A stretch of DNA of 63,814 bases, counting the filler, from Lama guanicoe (lineage: Eukaryota), in NCBI GenBank assembly GCA_013239625.1. It is 195 parts of 195 records of this genome, joined end to end, with 100 filler letters (N's around TTAATTAATTAA, not from the genome) between each part and the next. Parts side by side here need not be neighbours in the genome. Positions count along the whole stretch, not along the records: positions 58,339 to 58,566 come from PNXV01043037.1; positions 58,667 to 58,894 come from PNXV01043038.1; positions 58,995 to 59,222 come from PNXV01043039.1; positions 59,323 to 59,550 come from PNXV01043040.1; positions 59,651 to 59,878 come from PNXV01043041.1; positions 59,979 to 60,206 come from PNXV01043042.1; positions 60,307 to 60,534 come from PNXV01043043.1; positions 60,635 to 60,862 come from PNXV01043044.1; 187 more parts are not named here. One strand, written 5' to 3'. Both the position numbers and the translations under genes were made by a program. Shown piece by piece: positions 58,486-63,814 of this stretch. Position 1 is the stretch's first letter. Every line of letters starts with the position of its first letter. The notes under the pieces were generated by a model that made no database searches, was not told the origin of the DNA, and saw only the letters and a program-made list of their open reading frames with translations.

Positions 58486-61400
58486 TTTTTATCTCCCTAA
58501 TATATTTGAGTTCTTTTTATGTGAGAAGTATATAGAACATACTCCTAGACTGTATTAAGATATGAANNNNNNNNNNNNNNNNNNNNNNNNNNNNNNNNNN
58601 NNNNNNNNNNTTAATTAATTAANNNNNNNNNNNNNNNNNNNNNNNNNNNNNNNNNNNNNNNNNNNNCCACGGAGCCAACACCTGGTTAGGCAAAACAAAG
58701 GATACCCAGCACTCAAGGCATCAAGCATCAGACCTCACGGGGTTTAGGAAGCCAGATGATGTCTGAACTCCTCCCCACCCGCCCCCCCCGGGTGGGCAGC
58801 AAGTCCATTTCCCACTGTCCATTTCACACATGGATTGCTTAGTCGCTTCAGGGCCACCTGTCGCCTACAGGTGTCCAGACTTTGAGGAAGGTTGNNNNNN
58901 NNNNNNNNNNNNNNNNNNNNNNNNNNNNNNNNNNNNNNTTAATTAATTAANNNNNNNNNNNNNNNNNNNNNNNNNNNNNNNNNNNNNNNNNNNNTTCATC
59001 GGGTTGTTTATACTCAACTGTTTATAAGAGTTTATGACCAGCACCACAGAGGTGAGCCTGGACTGGGGCAGGTTAAATGCCGTGTGTTCACCTATTCACA
59101 GGGACCCTGTGTGGCTCTTTTTTAAAAATGAGGCTTCTCCAGGGCTGGTACCCAGGGTGAGGAGATGCTCCCGGCTTGGCCAATCAGGTGCTTACTCCAG
59201 GATTAGAGGTTCAAGTGAGGGANNNNNNNNNNNNNNNNNNNNNNNNNNNNNNNNNNNNNNNNNNNNTTAATTAATTAANNNNNNNNNNNNNNNNNNNNNN
59301 NNNNNNNNNNNNNNNNNNNNNNCAATGAATATTTGTCAGTCCTTGCTGTCATCCTGTTGTCTTTCAAAAAACTTAAGGAGTATGAGGTTATAGTGGCAAA
59401 CATAGATAAACTGGCTGACCATAAGAAACCGAGTGTAAAAATAAGTAAAAAGTAAATTAAGATTGTATGTTAAGTACTACCAAAGGAGTTCTGAACAGGA
59501 CGATGACATGGACTCACATTACAGGCATATAATTCAGTCTTGGGGAGTCTNNNNNNNNNNNNNNNNNNNNNNNNNNNNNNNNNNNNNNNNNNNNTTAATT
59601 AATTAANNNNNNNNNNNNNNNNNNNNNNNNNNNNNNNNNNNNNNNNNNNNACACTGGGCTTGGCTGCAAGAGGCATGACAGGGAGGACCACTGACAAGTT
59701 CCAGCCACTAAGGCAAGGCAGATGATGCTGCTTCTCCATCTATGGCTGAGAAACCTCGTCCATATGTCTTACGATGAGAATTCAAGCTATTTTCTGGTTA
59801 TTAAGAATAATTCCAAGGAACTTGATCTGTGAAAAAACCCTTTCAGAGCATAAAATACAAAATATAAGCTTTTTAATTNNNNNNNNNNNNNNNNNNNNNN
59901 NNNNNNNNNNNNNNNNNNNNNNTTAATTAATTAANNNNNNNNNNNNNNNNNNNNNNNNNNNNNNNNNNNNNNNNNNNNCAATGAATATTTGTCAGTCCTT
60001 GCTGTCATCCTGTTGTCTTTCAAAAAATTTAAGGAGTATGAGGTTATAGTAGCAAACATAGATAAACTGCCTGACCATAAGAAACTGAGTGTAAAAATAA
60101 GTAAAAAGTAAATTAAGATTGTATGTTGAGTTCTACCAAAGGGGTTCTGAACAGGATGATGACATGGACTCGCATTACAGGCATATAATTCAGTCTTGGG
60201 GAGTCTNNNNNNNNNNNNNNNNNNNNNNNNNNNNNNNNNNNNNNNNNNNNTTAATTAATTAANNNNNNNNNNNNNNNNNNNNNNNNNNNNNNNNNNNNNN
60301 NNNNNNAGAGCAATTGGTTAATTCAGTGCCATGTGTTGGTGAAAAAAGAAAAAAAACCAGAAAGTTACAGAAACTACTCACGATAAACGTCTCACAAACT
60401 ATTCAAACATAGAACAAGTTAGAAAGAGCTTTTTTTTTTTCCTTTTTGCATTGAAATAAAGAACTTTTGTCTGATAAATAGCAATCATTTGACCTCAAAT
60501 CATTAAGCGGGGAAAGTCTAAACAAGAAAAGGTANNNNNNNNNNNNNNNNNNNNNNNNNNNNNNNNNNNNNNNNNNNNTTAATTAATTAANNNNNNNNNN
60601 NNNNNNNNNNNNNNNNNNNNNNNNNNNNNNNNNNCCCACACAGCCCTCCTTAGCACCGAGACAGCCCCGTGGCCCGTCCCCGCCGCTCACGTGCCTCCCG
60701 CCCCGCCCCCGGCCTGGGCCGCCTCTCACCCGGTGAACGGGAGGGGTTCCCACGGGGAGGGGATGGACCGTGAGGGTGAGACGCAACCCCTGTGGCCCAC
60801 GGAGCGCAGACCGAACCGCTGAACTAGTTGAAAGCCTAGTTGAGGTGCTTTACGCATCAGCTNNNNNNNNNNNNNNNNNNNNNNNNNNNNNNNNNNNNNN
60901 NNNNNNTTAATTAATTAANNNNNNNNNNNNNNNNNNNNNNNNNNNNNNNNNNNNNNNNNNNNTTTATGTATTATTTAAGTCCATTGTGGTCAGGGAACTT
61001 ACTCTGTATTACTTCAACCCTTTGAAATCCACGGGAACTTGTTTTATGGCTTGGCAATAAGTCTGTCATAGTGACTATCCCTGTGCACTTGAGAAACATG
61101 TATGTTCTGCAGTTATTGGATTAGTGTTGCTTGTTTAAATTTAAATCACGTCAGATTCGCTGTTCAAATCACCTCTAGTTTTTACTGACANNNNNNNNNN
61201 NNNNNNNNNNNNNNNNNNNNNNNNNNNNNNNNNNTTAATTAATTAANNNNNNNNNNNNNNNNNNNNNNNNNNNNNNNNNNNNNNNNNNNNCATTTTCTCC
61301 AATTTAGTGTTTGATTATGTGAGTCACAATTAGAACTTACAAATTACAAAGAAAAAGATGATTTCATATTTTCTTAAATGTAATAAAAAGTTTCCTGTTT

Positions 61401-62602
61401 TTAATCAAAGTCAATGCATTCAAAGTGACTATTACTCTATCTGATTTGTAGTTATTTCTCCATGTGTTGTTTTGACCAGTTGGAAAAGTAGCTCTAAGAA
61501 GAGGGATCCAAAGAGGAGNNNNNNNNNNNNNNNNNNNNNNNNNNNNNNNNNNNNNNNNNNNNTTAATTAATTAANNNNNNNNNNNNNNNNNNNNNNNNNN
61601 NNNNNNNNNNNNNNNNNNTCAGAGGCCCGCAGCCATGTAGCTCAGTCCTGCTGCCCCAGCCCTGCCCTGTAACAGACTTAGCCCTCCTGAGCCTCAAATA
61701 ACGGGGCCCATGCTGTGACTCCCTCACAGCTGCTCTGGGGATGTCAGGGGGAGCAAAACAAGTGGGGTCCTTGGTAGAGGGCTGCGTTCTGCCAAAGCCA
61801 GAGGGATGTCACTGTCTTCTTTGTGTTTCTCTGGGCCTGATGGTTGNNNNNNNNNNNNNNNNNNNNNNNNNNNNNNNNNNNNNNNNNNNNTTAATTAATT
61901 AANNNNNNNNNNNNNNNNNNNNNNNNNNNNNNNNNNNNNNNNNNNNGGTCCCCAGCAGCTGCCAGAGCTCTCTTCCCGGGAAGCCAGGAGGGACTCCCTG
62001 ACGGGAACCGGAGCCTCACAGCTTGAGGCTGTTTGGAACCAAGAAAGGTCCAGAGCTATGGTCCGCATTCGATGTCGCTAAGGGGTGAGTCACTCCAGCT
62101 TGCACAGGCTGGGAATTCCTCTTCGGTCTATCTGGATTTATTCCGCTGTGGGAAATGAGCAGCTCTGGGATGGTNNNNNNNNNNNNNNNNNNNNNNNNNN
62201 NNNNNNNNNNNNNNNNNNTTAATTAATTAANNNNNNNNNNNNNNNNNNNNNNNNNNNNNNNNNNNNNNNNNNNNAAGAGAAAACTTACCAGTCACTAACA
62301 AGTGAGACTGAACACTTTGGAGCGATGGGATAGAAAATGTGACTTCAGGACAACTCTTGGACACATGGTCTATTAAGTCCAGTTCTGCTTGTGGAGGGAA
62401 CAGGACTGAAAAGCCTGACACTCTTCAAAATCTGATAAATAAGACTCCATGTAAGATTTCAAAAGAAACACGATTTTATTCTTCTTATAACTTTGCAAAA
62501 CCNNNNNNNNNNNNNNNNNNNNNNNNNNNNNNNNNNNNNNNNNNNNTTAATTAATTAANNNNNNNNNNNNNNNNNNNNNNNNNNNNNNNNNNNNNNNNNN
62601 NN

Positions 62603-62830
62603 AAAGAGGGCACTAATGAACTCATCTACAAAACAGAAACAGACTCGCAGATATAGTAAACAGTCTTATGGTCACCAGGGGAGAGGGGATGGGAAGTGAT
62701 AAATTTGAGAGTTTGAGATTTGCAGATGTTAACCGCTATATATAAAAATAGATTAAAAAAACAAATTTCTTCTGTATAGCGCAGGGAACTATAATCAATA
62801 TCTTGTAATAACCTTTAATGAAAAAGAATA
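62603..62830 (+). mobile_element. LINE-1 3' UTR
   Basis: AATGAACTCATCTACAAAACAGAAACAGACTCGCAGA...CTGTATAGCGCAGGGAACTATA.TCAATATCTTGTAATAACC. Confidence 0.92.
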
Positions 62831-63814
62831 NNNNNNNNNNNNNNNNNNNNNNNNNNNNNNNNNNNNNNNNNNNNTTAATTAATTAANNNNNNNNNNNNNN
62901 NNNNNNNNNNNNNNNNNNNNNNNNNNNNNNAATACTCCTTGAGTACGTCTTCGCGTAAGTCATGTTCATAGCAACAAACACTTACTTGATGGTTAGTTGT
63001 ATCTAAGGAACCTGGATCCTACAGGGGAGGGAAATCCCAGTTCCCTCCCTCTCTCTGCCTTGTTTAAACGGAAACTTGGTTGTAACATGTTTTGAGCAAC
63101 TTTAAAGTTTTATAATTTTTGTTATTTTGGTCGCTTAGAAAATAACATATGAGCAACANNNNNNNNNNNNNNNNNNNNNNNNNNNNNNNNNNNNNNNNNN
63201 NNTTAATTAATTAANNNNNNNNNNNNNNNNNNNNNNNNNNNNNNNNNNNNNNNNNNNNTCAATTGTAGGAGGACCTAGCTTGTTTACAATGGGACTTATA
63301 ACTATAGTAAATAGGGTTTATTCCTGGAAAGGATAATTAAGGCATAAGAGCTCTATTTTATGAATCATACCATCCTGTGTGGAAGCAAAGTGCACCTTAT
63401 GAAAAAATCATTACTGTTCATAAAACCGAATCTGAGTCTGCCCCTAAAGGAGTAGTGAATTTGATGAAATGCACTCCTCTCTCCAGNNNNNNNNNNNNNN
63501 NNNNNNNNNNNNNNNNNNNNNNNNNNNNNNTTAATTAATTAANNNNNNNNNNNNNNNNNNNNNNNNNNNNNNNNNNNNNNNNNNNNAGACTGACTGCCCC
63601 TCGTCCCGGGACGCCAGGGCTGGACTCCTGCGACGGGACTCCGTCCCCAGGTGTCGAGGCCACGCTGACTCATAGTGCACGTGCTGGGGTTTTTTGAAAC
63701 CTTGGAGAAGTGTGTCCGCGACTTGTTGAATGTTCTTTGTTCTGAAGAGATGTAAAACTGTGCTGAAACCCTGCTTCTCTGGAGAAGCCTGTCAGGTTAA
63801 CCTGCAAAGCAGGC

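Noticed and set aside
607..62554. Most entries in the supplied ORF track
   Set aside because: They reach the length threshold only by reading through Ns to the linker stops. Only the DCUN1D1, CD99, olfactory receptor and L1 translations resemble real proteins.
228..63586. CRISPR-like or cassette array: a regularly spaced palindromic TTAATTAATTAA with unique, equal-length spacers
   Set aside because: The 12-mer sits inside fixed 44-N pads, the spacers are length-sorted mammalian contigs, and there are no cas or integrase genes. It is an assembly linker.

Overview
This window is not contiguous genomic DNA. It is an artificial pseudo-scaffold of 195 unrelated short mammalian contigs, sorted by length: 227 bp up to position 12980, then 228 bp from 13081 with six 227-bp exceptions. 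They are joined by an invariant 100-bp linker (44 N + TTAATTAATTAA + 44 N) that puts stop codons in all six frames. Adjacency between contigs is therefore meaningless, and most ORF-track entries are artefacts that run into the Ns. A Vic-1-type tRNA-derived SINE and cetartiodactyl-type L1 3' ends point to a camelid source (camel, alpaca or llama; inference). Recognisable genic pieces are CD99 exon 1, a processed DCUN1D1 retrocopy, an RPL29 pseudogene fragment, an OR2L13-like olfactory receptor fragment and several CpG-island fragments. Repeats include many L1 pieces, MaLR and ERV1 LTRs, an ERV-L pol relic, MER58, MIR, L2, CR1/L3 and a 7-bp-period satellite seen in three independent contigs. Three near-identical contig pairs first differ at base 50, which suggests bubbles from a de Bruijn assembly with k of about 49. 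I found no supportable new biological system. The best leads are the heptamer satellite with a shared higher-order block, the DCUN1D1 retrocopy, a 48-nt hairpin, an Arg/Gln-rich candidate uORF and an orphan exon. All identifications come from recalled family knowledge, not from database searches.
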